The notes under the pieces: model-generated | Seen by the model: only the letters and a program-made list of their open reading frames with translations | What the model was told of the DNA's origin: nothing | Database searches by the model: none | Made by a program: the position numbers and the translations under genes | In this document: positions 44,878 through 54,922 of the stretch, piece by piece | How the letters are laid out: each line of letters starts with the position of its first letter | Position numbering within the stretch: position 1 is the first letter of the stretch | Virus record (IMG/VR): IMGVR_UViG_3300044731_001604 | Location: 32,001 to 96,000 of that record | Source: a virus | Direction: 5' to 3' (one strand) | DNA: 64,000 nucleotides

Positions 44878-44992
44878 TGATGAAAGAATTAAAAGATTTT
44901 GTAATATCTTTAATGAAAATTCTTGGTATAGCATTTTATGCTGTGTATTTTGTTATTGTACTTTACCTAGTTTTAGCTAGTTTTGGTGCAGT

Positions 44993-45382
44993 ATGAAGAC
45001 TAAAGTTAAAATCGAATATTTTGCAGGGGATGTAACTAAAATTATTGGCGAACAATGTAACCACATGTCTGATTATGACAAGTTACAAAGCCAAGAAATA
45101 AAAGCGGTTATTAGGAATTATGTCACTAGAAATGCTATTGATTTAGTTCTTAAGGGTGTATCAAAGCGCCCAAAAGCTCCACAATCGTTTTTAAATAATT
45201 ATAATTCGCATAATTTATATACTGTCTCAAAATCTCACATTGAAAAAAGACTTATTGACAGATTGAACGTCATTCTGTTATGCTATTATCAGATGCTTAT
45301 GTATGATGGAATTGATGTAGAGACCTTTTTGGCCCTATGTGATAGTTATGTAGACCATCATATTTTTGAAATTGATTTATAG
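44993..45382 (+). CDS. Hypothetical protein
   Basis: ORF track, co-oriented. Confidence 0.6.
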   Translation: MKTKVKIEYFAGDVTKIIGEQCNHMSDYDKLQSQEIKAVIRNYVTRNAIDLVLKGVSKRPKAPQSFLNNYNSHNLYTVSKSHIEKRLIDRLNVILLCYYQMLMYDGIDVETFLALCDSYVDHHIFEIDL

Positions 45383-45392
45383 GAGGTTTACA

Positions 45393-45599
45393 ATGGTTAG
45401 CTTAGATATATTAGCACAAATGATTATGGTTGTTTGTATGTATAAAGCTCCTGGAATTCCTGCTTATGATAAGCTTAATTGTGGAGAATATGTTACTAAT
45501 TGTACGATTGGTCCTGGATATGACAAAATGAATGAAGCAGAAGTTATGGATAGAGTTGTAAGATGCAGCGAGAAAGCTTTAGATAAAGGCGCTAAATAA
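45393..45599 (+). CDS. Small Cys-rich protein with hydrophobic N-terminus
   Basis: Start revised to MVSLD after AGGAGG. Confidence 0.6.
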   Translation: MVSLDILAQMIMVVCMYKAPGIPAYDKLNCGEYVTNCTIGPGYDKMNEAEVMDRVVRCSEKALDKGAK

Positions 45600-45611
45600 T
45601 TTAAAGGAGCC

Positions 45612-45830
45612 ATGATGAGTAAATTAAAGGTTGATCTTAAAGAGTTAGAGAGAGCCGTTTCTTACTTAAAGAAGAAGCACGATCCAAGTGTTTTAGAACT
45701 AGAAATTACTATTGAAGGCAGATTGCTTGTTAGAAGCACTAACTTTGAAGCAGATCTTTTAACTGTCACTCTTTTCGAGGAGTCTACTAACAAGATGGCA
45801 GAAGTTACTTTAACGGAGAGATTACCATGA
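45612..45830 (+). CDS. Hypothetical protein
   Basis: AAGGAG RBS. Confidence 0.6.
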   Translation: MMSKLKVDLKELERAVSYLKKKHDPSVLELEITIEGRLLVRSTNFEADLLTVTLFEESTNKMAEVTLTERLP

Positions 45831-45970
45831 GAAATATTAGAATCGCTGCATGTCTATTGTGGATGTTGGCTGGAGTTATGTCAAATTCTACGCCTGGTTA
45901 TATTTCAGCTTTTGCATCCGTATTGTTTTTATATGCTTTAATTAAAGGACATTAGAACCTTGGAGGTTTT

Positions 45971-46165
45971 ATGGAGAACGTATTATTTTTAGCAATCGGA
46001 GTAATTATCGGACACGTTTTTGGATATGCGCGTGGACTTGAAAAAGCCAAATCAACATTAATTAAATCTCTAAATAGACGTGGATATGTTAATAATAAAA
46101 TAGAAGAGACTGAAGTTGCTCATAAAGCAATGAAAGAAGCAGTCAGACTTTATATTGCTGAGTAG
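45971..46165 (+). CDS. Small membrane protein
   Basis: GGAGG RBS; N-terminal TM. Confidence 0.6.
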   Translation: MENVLFLAIGVIIGHVFGYARGLEKAKSTLIKSLNRRGYVNNKIEETEVAHKAMKEAVRLYIAE

Positions 46166-46168
46166 GAC

Positions 46169-46417
46169 ATGAGAGCTAGAGATCAGATTGGTCACTTCAC
46201 AAGTAGCCAGTATATTCATTTTTTAAAACAAATAAATAAATCAAATTGTTTTGGCACAGTGAGTGTTGCATCTGTGTTTGTTGGCCATCGAACAATCCAA
46301 GTTAAAGCTGGAAGTTTTATATTAGACAAGCTTTCCACTATCGCTGATGAATGCCCAAGTCTAAGACATCATATAATGGACCACATAATAGAAAATTCTT
46401 ACGGAAACTGCAAATAA
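46169..46417 (+). CDS. Divergent MKKRxQ-family protein E4
   Basis: MRARDQI start; LRHHIMDHI end. Confidence 0.55.
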   Translation: MRARDQIGHFTSSQYIHFLKQINKSNCFGTVSVASVFVGHRTIQVKAGSFILDKLSTIADECPSLRHHIMDHIIENSYGNCK

Positions 46418-46442
46418 AAAAGGGCTCAATCGAGCCCTTTTT
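46417..46442. terminator. Bidirectional intrinsic terminator
   Basis: AAAAAGGGCTC-AATC-GAGCCCTTTTT between convergent genes. Confidence 0.9.
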
Positions 46443-46467
46443 AATTCTTAACTTTTAATGTAAAAAA

Positions 46468-46971
46468 TTAGATACCGTCTGTAATTTTAGCTGCAGTAGC
46501 AGACTCATCATCTCCGCCGCCAGCGATTCCAGTTTCATCTTCGCCTTTAAGTGCTACGATTTCAATTCTGATATCAGAAACACCTCTAGAAGCTACTCCA
46601 GATGACCATGAAGTTACTTTACAACCTACAGCTCTAAAGATAACTTTGTTATTGTTTGCTCTATCTAAAACTTCTACTGTGAAATCCTCTTCTTCTAAAA
46701 GATCTTTAAGTAAAGTTGCATTAGCTACAGCGTATGGTCCAGCGTCTACTACTCTGTATCCAGATAAAGATAAAGAGACAGCTTCTTGGCTTGTTCCAAC
46801 GATTTCTGCTGGAGAGTATCTACCCAATACAAATAAAGGCTCTTTTGCTTGTCTGATAGACCAAGAGCAGTTGCTGAATAATCCAACTGTGTGGGAAGAA
46901 GGCTTTCCGCCTACATTTTTAGTGATTTGAATTTTGGCCCGTGCGCCGACCAATGTTTTTGCTTTTGCCAT
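46468..46971 (-). CDS. Tail tube protein
   Basis: 167 aa, directly after sheath; VG....SWS....EPLFVLGRYSPAEI. Confidence 0.8.
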   Translation of the reverse strand: MAKAKTLVGARAKIQITKNVGGKPSSHTVGLFSNCSWSIRQAKEPLFVLGRYSPAEIVGTSQEAVSLSLSGYRVVDAGPYAVANATLLKDLLEEEDFTVEVLDRANNNKVIFRAVGCKVTSWSSGVASRGVSDIRIEIVALKGEDETGIAGGGDDESATAAKITDGI

Positions 46972-46983
46972 AAATACTCCCTA

Positions 46984-49719
46984 TTAAGCTGTTTGTTCTA
47001 CTTGAGAAATGGTCATTGAGATTGGAACGAAGTAAATTAAACCAGCGAGTTTGATCTCTACGCTGACTTCACATACAGGTCCAGTGATTTTAACTGTAGC
47101 GTTTTTATAACCCTTAGTTGCATCATCTGATTGAGCAATCCATTTAAGTCTCAAGAAGTTAAACATTTCAGTGTCTAAGATACTTAAAGCAGCCGCTGCA
47201 GAGATATCAGCTACAGATTTACCAACTACTAAGCGATCAAAACGGTCGATTAGAGTAAGTACGATTAAATCTGAGATATAAACAGCTTGCATGCTATTGT
47301 AAACGAAATTGTTATCAGCAGAATATGTGCTTTGATCAGATACCCATCTGAATCCGCCAGTTGGAACTTTTTCCATGAACAACAATCCAGCTTTTAATGC
47401 ATCTTCTCTATCACCTTGAAGAGAAGTGTCGAAATCGCCAGAAGTCATAGAAATTCCGCTTACAGAAGCGAATTTTTTAACGATACCTTTGTATCCTGCA
47501 GCAGCCTGCATTCCAGCAGCTGTGATCGCAGACATCCAAGGTTGGTATAAAGTAGATCCGATTTTAGCGTTTTGGAAGCAGAGGTACATTCTGTATGAAG
47601 AAAGTTCTCCAGACATCTCTTTAACGTTTGCATAAGTATCAATTACAGATGCAAAACCTTGTCTATTCTTTTTAGCTTTAATTTGGCTCATTTTATTAAC
47701 GTGAGCTTTAAGGTAAGCATTGATAGAAGAGATAGTATAAGTAGAAGAGCTTTCAGTTTCTTCAGCCGCGATATCTGCAGTAGCATCTTGTGAGAATAAT
47801 GGAACGATAAAGTTAGTATCCAATTTTTCACATGCATCAATTGCAGTAACAACGATTGCTGAAGTTGTTCCAGCTTTAGTTCCATCAGATAAGAATTGGA
47901 AAGAAGCAGTAGCTTCAGGCAATCCAGCAGCAAGAACTTCAAAAGAAGCATAAGCGCTACCGTTCATTGTTTCAGAGAAATCAGAAGCATCTTTTTTAAG
48001 TCTAGCATTGTTTGCAATACCAGAAGCTCCATAAGTTCCCATATCTAATTTAGAAGGAGCAACAGAACTGTACTTAGCAGAAACAACTGAAGCTGTCCAG
48101 TTAGTTTGTGAGTTAACAAAATCAGCTAAATCAGTTAATGTTTTATATTGTTTATAAGTAGCTGAGAATACCATTGTAGAAGCTACATAGAAATCAACAC
48201 TTTCTGTTCCAACATCAACTGTTGCATCTTCTTCAGAGCAACCGATAGTTATAACAATGTCACCACCAGCTTGGAGGATTTCAGAGTTAGTTCCTTGAGT
48301 GATTGTCATTTGATTTTTGTATTCAGCAGCAGACACTAATTGTTTATAGCTTAGACCTGCATCTGTTCCAGCGTCTGTTTTGAAGATTTCGCTAGTTGAG
48401 CTTTCAATTGCCAATGTTTTTCCCAATCCAGACATAACTGGAGCAAGAACTACTAGAGGTTCCGTGCCAGAGCTATATGCTGCAGAAGCAGGAACTGAAG
48501 CAATTGAAGATCCTTCAGAAAGTCTAGAAGCAGTAATTGATGTAGCAGTTGCAGCAGTGATTTGATAGAAACCAGCGGCTACTGTTCCAAAAGTAGCAGC
48601 AACTTTCATGATGTCGCCGATACTTGGAGTAACATTTAAATTAGCTGGTGCGTCGATTTTTACGCTTGATCCAGTGTTAATAGATACTGTATAAGTACCG
48701 AAAACATCTTGAACAGCTTGTCTTTCGTCGCCAGTCATATTTTTAATTTCGATTTTAGAATAGAACACAAGGTCACGTTTATCAACAGACACTGATCCAG
48801 AAGCAGATGTTAAAGCTGCTGCAGAGTAAACTTTTTTCAAAGTTACTGTAGCTGAAGAAGAAGTGTTTGTAGCTGCTGTAACGATGTACGTTCCAACGTT
48901 TTCTTGAGAAGATCCAGCAATCGCTGAATTTTGAGCAGCAGAGTAATCACCATTTGCAGGGATTACAGCTACGTCTCCAACGCTTGGAATAGTTGTCCAC
49001 AATTTAGTAGCTTGTAAAGTTACTAAAAGAGTACTTGCGTCAAGTGCAGATGCAGAGAATGTAGATGTAGTTGGCAATAAGATTTTTTCTTGTCCACCAG
49101 TTGCCAATACGCCTTCTGCGATATTTTCTAATGCTGCAACTAATGCATCTGGAGCCATTTTAGGAGTAACAGTGTGAGACATTTTTGCTCCACCGTTAAT
49201 TCTTAAATCAACATAATTTGTGTCAGATAAAGTTGGAGTATAGCAAATTTCTCCAGTTGTAGGTGCAGTTTCTGCTCTAGCAACATCTGATTTTTGTTTA
49301 ATTAAGTTTCCGTCAGTTCCTTCTTTTTTAGCTAAAACATTAGCATAAGTAGGAGTGTCTTTAACTTTTTGAGTCATCGTAGCGGCTGCTTTAGTTGACA
49401 TATTAGTTTTAATAATTCTTACCGCACCAACAGAACCTAAAATGTTAGGGTCATTTGCAGCAGAAACTAATTGTTTAAAAGCATCAACGATGTGACCACT
49501 TTTATATTTAGACTGTACTTTGCTGTACTGGTCTGGAGTGAATATATTTGCTGTAAGATCTGATTCATCTAAGAATCCTGGACCGGCATCAGCTTCACCA
49601 ATAAGTGTAACTACTCCAGCAGAAGCGATTGCACCCTGGCCACCTTGAACAGATACTGAAACTACTGCACCTGGTTCAATTAATGTAATTCCATCTTGGG
49701 TCGTAAATTTTTGACTCAT
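46984..49719 (-). CDS. Tail sheath protein
   Basis: N-term LIEPGA...VVTLIGEADAGP; C-term sheath core ALKAGL...FRWVSDQSTY...IYFVPISM. Confidence 0.88.
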   Translation of the reverse strand: MSQKFTTQDGITLIEPGAVVSVSVQGGQGAIASAGVVTLIGEADAGPGFLDESDLTANIFTPDQYSKVQSKYKSGHIVDAFKQLVSAANDPNILGSVGAVRIIKTNMSTKAAATMTQKVKDTPTYANVLAKKEGTDGNLIKQKSDVARAETAPTTGEICYTPTLSDTNYVDLRINGGAKMSHTVTPKMAPDALVAALENIAEGVLATGGQEKILLPTTSTFSASALDASTLLVTLQATKLWTTIPSVGDVAVIPANGDYSAAQNSAIAGSSQENVGTYIVTAATNTSSSATVTLKKVYSAAALTSASGSVSVDKRDLVFYSKIEIKNMTGDERQAVQDVFGTYTVSINTGSSVKIDAPANLNVTPSIGDIMKVAATFGTVAAGFYQITAATATSITASRLSEGSSIASVPASAAYSSGTEPLVVLAPVMSGLGKTLAIESSTSEIFKTDAGTDAGLSYKQLVSAAEYKNQMTITQGTNSEILQAGGDIVITIGCSEEDATVDVGTESVDFYVASTMVFSATYKQYKTLTDLADFVNSQTNWTASVVSAKYSSVAPSKLDMGTYGASGIANNARLKKDASDFSETMNGSAYASFEVLAAGLPEATASFQFLSDGTKAGTTSAIVVTAIDACEKLDTNFIVPLFSQDATADIAAEETESSSTYTISSINAYLKAHVNKMSQIKAKKNRQGFASVIDTYANVKEMSGELSSYRMYLCFQNAKIGSTLYQPWMSAITAAGMQAAAGYKGIVKKFASVSGISMTSGDFDTSLQGDREDALKAGLLFMEKVPTGGFRWVSDQSTYSADNNFVYNSMQAVYISDLIVLTLIDRFDRLVVGKSVADISAAAALSILDTEMFNFLRLKWIAQSDDATKGYKNATVKITGPVCEVSVEIKLAGLIYFVPISMTISQVEQTA

Positions 49720-49740
49720 TTTTATCTCCTTAACAATAAA

Positions 49741-49749
49741 AAGATTAGG
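49741..49749 (-). promoter_or_regulatory. Late-promoter-like motif CCTAATCTT
   Basis: Directly after upstream TAG, before sheath RBS. Confidence 0.75.
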
Positions 49750-50001
49750 CTAAACGTTATAGCCAAAATCTCTTAAACCAGCTTTGAAATCTCTAGAATC
49801 TGTGATTCCTTTAGCTTCAAAATGTTTCTTGATTGATTCTTTTAATTCAGCTTTAAAACCATATTTACTAGCAGTTACAATCCACCATGCATCAAAAGAA
49901 ACAGGTATATGGATTTCTTCTTTTTTAGCTGGTGTTTCTGCTTGAGCTTGATCTTGGCCAACTACTTGAAATGATTTTTTATTTTCTTTTCTTTTAGCCA
50001 T
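49750..50001 (-). CDS. Hypothetical protein
   Basis: ORF in late module. Confidence 0.65.
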   Translation of the reverse strand: MAKRKENKKSFQVVGQDQAQAETPAKKEEIHIPVSFDAWWIVTASKYGFKAELKESIKKHFEAKGITDSRDFKAGLRDFGYNV

Positions 50002-50003
50002 TT

Positions 50004-51734
50004 TTAGTCCTTTTTAAACTTTGGTTGCCAAGGTTTCTTAAGATCTTCCATAATTTCAGCTTTTGTCATTTTGTATGAACAAGATTCTTCGCTTTTTTCT
50101 TCTTTTTTCATCTCAGATTTAGGAAGATTCGGTTTAGGCATTGCTTTTTGTTCAGCAATTACTTTATGATGTTCCTCTTTTGCTTCATTGATGTGTTTAT
50201 TTCCTAATTTATTTGCCAATTCTCCAGTAACAAGACCACGAGGAGCTTCATTGTGATATACTTTAGTTTTATTATACGATGTTCCTAAAGTAGCTCTACT
50301 TCCAGCAGAGCTTCGGCCTTTATCAGTTGAATAATAGTATCCTTCTTTATCTACAGAAGGTTTATGAATACCTTTTTGGTGTTCAAGATTGCCAGAACTT
50401 TCTTTTAATCCAGCCTTTTCCATCTCTTCTTTTTCTTTTTCTTCATGCTCTTTAGATTCTTTAGCCTCATGTTCTTTAGACTCATCTTCTTCAGATTCAT
50501 CTTTTTCTTCTTTCATTACAGTAGGTGCAGGTTTTAATTGCATAGTAGCTGTAGGCTTAGGAATTTTAGGCTTTGGAATACTAGGAGCTGTAGGCTTAGG
50601 CATTCCCATTGGAATAGATGTTGCCTTCATCAATTCTTCAAATTGCTCTGGATTTTCTTGAGCAATTTTAAGTAATTCTTTAGCTAATTCCAATGCTGAT
50701 TTATCCGCTTTTTTCATTTCTTTCTCCATTGATTCTTCTGACTTAGGGAGGTTTGGCTTAGGCATAGCTTTTAATTCTTTGAGTTTAGAAACATGATGGC
50801 CTTTTGCCGCTTGAATATTTTTGCTTCTTACGGCAGATCCTGCATAAGATCTACCAGTGTGATCGAGTAGATGTTTTCCTGCTTTAGGGATTTCTTTAGT
50901 AGTGGCATCTGATACAGGTTTATGAACACCCTTCATATCAACATTTGGATGAGCTGCACCTTTTTCCATCTCTTCTTTTTTCATTTCAGATTTAGGAAGG
51001 TTTGGCTTAGGCATAGCTTTTAATTCTTTGAGTTTAGAAACATGGATTTCTTTTGCAACTTTTGGAGACCTTTCATACTCGTCAAAAGTAGACGGATCGT
51101 GAGCCTCTCTTGTTTTAATTCCTGCATAAGAAATTCCGTGTTGTGTTTTTCCATTTTTAATATATTGAGTGCTATAGCTTGGTTGATGTACGCCTTTTTC
51201 TTCTTTAGCCATTTCTGACTTAGGAAGGTTTGGCTTAGGCATTTGTTTTAAATCGTACATTACTTTTTTATGCGATTTAACAGACTGATCTTTTGGCAAA
51301 TCAGAATATGCACTTGGAGATCGGTGAATACCCTTATCTCTTTGTGGCCACATTTCTTCATTTCTTTTTTGGCGAGCAGAAACTTTTTGTTTTGAGGTCT
51401 TGCCTTCGTCAATGCGAGCTTTTTCCATTGCTTCTTCTTTGCCAGCTTCTTCATTTTCTGGAGAGCGCAATTCAGCTTCATCTTGCAATGTTCTTAAATG
51501 CTCAAACATTTTCTTTTGTTTTTCAGGAGTATCTAAGATAGACAAAGCGTGTTTAATACTTTCGTCTTCTTCTACAATATCATGAGCTTTATCTTCAGGA
51601 GAATTTGGAGAGTGAGGCATATCATCTTTAACCATTAGAGGTGCTGCAACATCTGAAGGAATGTTCTTTTTAGCTGTTTCTTTAACAGCTTTTAAAAGTT
51701 CTTTTGCTTTTTCTAATGCCGATTTTTCGCTCAT
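50004..51734 (-). CDS. K/E-rich modular protein with four MPKPNLPKSE-ending modules
   Basis: Translation; identical 47-bp repeat at 50749-50795 and 50998-51044. Confidence 0.7.
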   Translation of the reverse strand: MSEKSALEKAKELLKAVKETAKKNIPSDVAAPLMVKDDMPHSPNSPEDKAHDIVEEDESIKHALSILDTPEKQKKMFEHLRTLQDEAELRSPENEEAGKEEAMEKARIDEGKTSKQKVSARQKRNEEMWPQRDKGIHRSPSAYSDLPKDQSVKSHKKVMYDLKQMPKPNLPKSEMAKEEKGVHQPSYSTQYIKNGKTQHGISYAGIKTREAHDPSTFDEYERSPKVAKEIHVSKLKELKAMPKPNLPKSEMKKEEMEKGAAHPNVDMKGVHKPVSDATTKEIPKAGKHLLDHTGRSYAGSAVRSKNIQAAKGHHVSKLKELKAMPKPNLPKSEESMEKEMKKADKSALELAKELLKIAQENPEQFEELMKATSIPMGMPKPTAPSIPKPKIPKPTATMQLKPAPTVMKEEKDESEEDESKEHEAKESKEHEEKEKEEMEKAGLKESSGNLEHQKGIHKPSVDKEGYYYSTDKGRSSAGSRATLGTSYNKTKVYHNEAPRGLVTGELANKLGNKHINEAKEEHHKVIAEQKAMPKPNLPKSEMKKEEKSEESCSYKMTKAEIMEDLKKPWQPKFKKD

Positions 51735-51767
51735 ACAATCCTCTAAGTAATTAAAATACCCAACCTT

Positions 51768-51776
51768 TAGATTAGG
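51768..51776 (-). promoter_or_regulatory. Late-promoter-like motif CCTAATCTA
   Basis: Intergenic. Confidence 0.6.
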
Positions 51777-51785
51777 TTAGATATT

Positions 51786-54700
51786 TTAATCCTTCTTCTT
51801 AACCGAAAGCTTCTTAATATCATTAAAGCTTAATTTGTTAGTTTTAGGAGCAAAAATGGCATCTAGTCTAGCCTTTTGCTCTTTTATGTCTGCAGCCTTA
51901 AACCGACCTTTATTTCTTCTGTGTTCTGCCTTAATGTCTTGGTAGTTTAAAGCGCTTGGAGCTTGCGGAGTTTTAAGATGTTCTGGTACCTCTTGTCCCT
52001 TAGCGTCATAAAAAGCCTTTAGATCAGCTTGGCGCTGAGTTTCTTTGGCTTGTTTTCTTTTATTCATCATATCTCTAAATGCAGAATTTGGCTTAAGAAT
52101 TTCGTTTTTCATAACATTTTCTCCTAAATTGGTCTTGGTTGACCAGGAAGTTGTGTTAGAATCTCGCCCGTCGGCATTATATATTCCGTTAGAATCCAAT
52201 TCGATCCCCGAAACTTTACTATCTTCTGCAGAGGTATCTTGTTTTTCAGCCTCTTTTTTAGATAAGCTCTCTCCTGCTTGGAGAATGTGCTTGTATAATC
52301 GTCTAAATACATTAGTACTAGTTCCAAAAGCTGTTCTTCGTTCATTCTTTTCAACATTTCCACTTGAAACTCCCTTAAACGATATTTTTATCGGTGGCAG
52401 TCCTTGGTTTTTACCTTGGCTATGAGAATGTCTTGTAATGGTTAAAACGTCTGGATTACTAGAATCTAGTGTAACACCGTCTTGACCAGAAAGCAAGGAT
52501 TTTATGTGTCTCGCACGAAGTTTTTGTACACCATTTTCTTCAGTTGGAATAAAGTGTCTATTTGGATCTTTTTTAATTGAATTTATAATACCTCTAAAAA
52601 GGGCTTGGTGGCGCTTAGGTAGGGTATTTGCAAAATGATCTATCCTATTAGTATTATTTAGGATTTCATCGTCTTTATCTGCTTTTTGTTTATCAGAATG
52701 CCACATTGTTACACCATTTGGATGTTTTGCAGCAATCCAAGGTTGTTCGGGGTGTTTTTCCCCTATAGCTCTAGGTATGGCTTTTTCTAAAGTGTACGAC
52801 TCTGGGTCATTGATAATGAAAATTATTTCAGATTTATTTATAAGTTTTTTGAAATATTTATTAGCAGCTCTTGCCCTTGCATTAATTTTAGAATCAATTG
52901 ACGTGCCTTTAACCCACGTATTTTTATTTGGGTCAAATGCAAGTTCTCCAGAATCAATCATGTCAGTTCTTTCTTTCATCTCTGGAGAAAGTAATTTTCC
53001 TGATTTAAGCTGATCTACCAACTGACCTTTTTTGTCTTCATATCTTACTGCAGCCGGCTGATCTTCTGTTCCTATGACTATTCTTTTAGGTTCATTTTCT
53101 TTAACTTTTACATTGGTTGTAAGTGGTGGCAATCCCATTCTTCTTCTTAATGGATTTTCTACTGCACGTGCTTGAACTTCACTTGGGTGTTTAAAAGACG
53201 CCGTTGGTCCTCCACCCATTTTAACAGATTCTCCAACTTCTTTATCCATCACAGTTTGATGTTGATGAGGAGTTCTTCCTTCTGGCATCTGTTCTAAGTG
53301 ACCAAACTCATGGGTAATTGCGCCAGGATTCCATTGAGATTCTAAATTTCCGCCTCTCCAATCTGGCTTGTCTGTACCCTCAATAGAGCCAACTTTTCTT
53401 TCACCTGTTTTTTGATTTATTTTACCTTTTGACGGAACAATATCTTTTTTATATCTTAGTTGCGAAAATTTCTTTTGTTGTTCGATTTGTTTTTGGCCAA
53501 ATTTAGATTTAGGATTTGGATTCCCTTGAGTGCCAAAAAGTTTCTTTCTTTGTGCTTTAATATTTTTAGAAGTTTTCTCTAAATCCTCTGATTTATTTAA
53601 AAGATCTTTGAAGTATGATTCTGATTTGCCAAATTTATCAGCAGCCACTTTGAGATTTTCAGAATTAGGTATCCAATTGCCGAAAGCCTCTGGGGTCAGA
53701 TTTTGCGCATATTCGTAAGATTTTTGATGACCTTGTTTTAAGTTTTTAATGTGCTTATCATAGTGATCATTTGGATTATCTCTAATTGTTCTGGTAAGAT
53801 AATTTTTAAAGCTTTTTCTTTTTTCAGCATTTACTAGCAAGTCTCTTGCGTGTGTAAGTAGCTCCTGGTTAAAAGATCCTCTATTTCTTTTATACCCTCT
53901 GTTTTCAACCCAGTCAGATAAAGTTTTAAGGGTGTCTGGGCTATACTGATTCAATAAATCTTTTACGACTTTTCCGTAAACATGAGAACCGTATTTTCTT
54001 TCAACTTGTCCTAATAAACCATGTAAGGCTTCGTGCTCTATTGTAGAGTCTACGGCTTGACCTCTAGCCTTAATTTGTTCTGGGGACAAATCTTTTGTCT
54101 CAACCTTCTTTTTTGATGGTTTTCTAGGTGCTGTTGGCATCTTTGGTCGTTTAGCAATGTGGTTATAGTACTCAGTAGAGCCAGGCGCGTAGTTACTTAC
54201 TTCTTTACGCCATTTATCGTAATCATCAAAAGATTTTGTTTTAGCTTCTTGGTATTTATCCGCGTTGTCTTTTATTTTTTGAGAGTACTCTTCGTCTGGA
54301 GCTTCGTATTTACTTCTAGCTTTTCCTGCAAGTGCGCCAGAGATATCGCGAGTATCTAAGGAATAATTTAATCCTAAAGTATCTCTACCAAGCCGTCTTG
54401 CTGGTGCGCCAGAAAGTCTTTTCATTTCTTTTGTTCTATTTTCTGGCTTTAGCTTTATACCTTTTTTATTTTCAAAATCTTTAATCTGTTGATCTGCTAT
54501 TTTTCTTCCAAACAATTTAACTTGTTGGGGTTCTTCTAAAAGTTGCACATTTTGATCTGGTCTTGTGTCTAATCCCATTTTAGGAAAGGTAATCCTTGGT
54601 CTAGACATTTTTTCTAGGTTATTAGACTTATTTAAAATAGCTTTTTCTAATTTCTTTTTGAAATATTTTTTAGATTCGATAGCTTTTAACTTCTTGTAAT

Positions 54701-54863
54701 AATTAGGATCTTCTAAGAGATGATCTCTAGCTATTTCTGAGGCAACTTGTTTGTTTTCGGTATGCTCTTTTTCATGGGTAGCTCCTTCGTCCAATTTCTC
54801 TTGGTCAAAGTCTTTTTTAGGAATATTGTCTGCTGCCCCACCGGGAAGTATGTCTTTAGTCAT
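51786..54863 (-). CDS. Multi-domain protein: DUF5661-like N-terminus, two HExxH domains
   Basis: LPGG.AD...G...E.EH...A.EIA.DHL.E.P.YY.KL; HEALH; HEFGH. Confidence 0.7.
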   Translation of the reverse strand: MTKDILPGGAADNIPKKDFDQEKLDEGATHEKEHTENKQVASEIARDHLLEDPNYYKKLKAIESKKYFKKKLEKAILNKSNNLEKMSRPRITFPKMGLDTRPDQNVQLLEEPQQVKLFGRKIADQQIKDFENKKGIKLKPENRTKEMKRLSGAPARRLGRDTLGLNYSLDTRDISGALAGKARSKYEAPDEEYSQKIKDNADKYQEAKTKSFDDYDKWRKEVSNYAPGSTEYYNHIAKRPKMPTAPRKPSKKKVETKDLSPEQIKARGQAVDSTIEHEALHGLLGQVERKYGSHVYGKVVKDLLNQYSPDTLKTLSDWVENRGYKRNRGSFNQELLTHARDLLVNAEKRKSFKNYLTRTIRDNPNDHYDKHIKNLKQGHQKSYEYAQNLTPEAFGNWIPNSENLKVAADKFGKSESYFKDLLNKSEDLEKTSKNIKAQRKKLFGTQGNPNPKSKFGQKQIEQQKKFSQLRYKKDIVPSKGKINQKTGERKVGSIEGTDKPDWRGGNLESQWNPGAITHEFGHLEQMPEGRTPHQHQTVMDKEVGESVKMGGGPTASFKHPSEVQARAVENPLRRRMGLPPLTTNVKVKENEPKRIVIGTEDQPAAVRYEDKKGQLVDQLKSGKLLSPEMKERTDMIDSGELAFDPNKNTWVKGTSIDSKINARARAANKYFKKLINKSEIIFIINDPESYTLEKAIPRAIGEKHPEQPWIAAKHPNGVTMWHSDKQKADKDDEILNNTNRIDHFANTLPKRHQALFRGIINSIKKDPNRHFIPTEENGVQKLRARHIKSLLSGQDGVTLDSSNPDVLTITRHSHSQGKNQGLPPIKISFKGVSSGNVEKNERRTAFGTSTNVFRRLYKHILQAGESLSKKEAEKQDTSAEDSKVSGIELDSNGIYNADGRDSNTTSWSTKTNLGENVMKNEILKPNSAFRDMMNKRKQAKETQRQADLKAFYDAKGQEVPEHLKTPQAPSALNYQDIKAEHRRNKGRFKAADIKEQKARLDAIFAPKTNKLSFNDIKKLSVKKKD
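52124..52363 (-). CDS. Nested alternative-frame ORF (79 aa)
   Basis: AAGGGAG 6 nt before GTG; protein-like composition. Confidence 0.45.
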   Translation of the reverse strand: MEMLKRMNEEQLLELVLMYLDDYTSTFSKQERAYLKKRLKNKIPLQKIVKFRGSNWILTEYIMPTGEILTQLPGQPRPI

Positions 54864-54869
54864 ATTAAT

Positions 54870-54878
54870 TAGATTAGG
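54870..54878 (-). promoter_or_regulatory. Late-promoter-like motif CCTAATCTA
   Basis: 6 nt before an ATG that has no SD sequence. Confidence 0.6.
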
Positions 54879-54922
54879 TAGTTGTAATGTTTATAGTTTC
54901 TTTATATTCTATACCATAAAAA

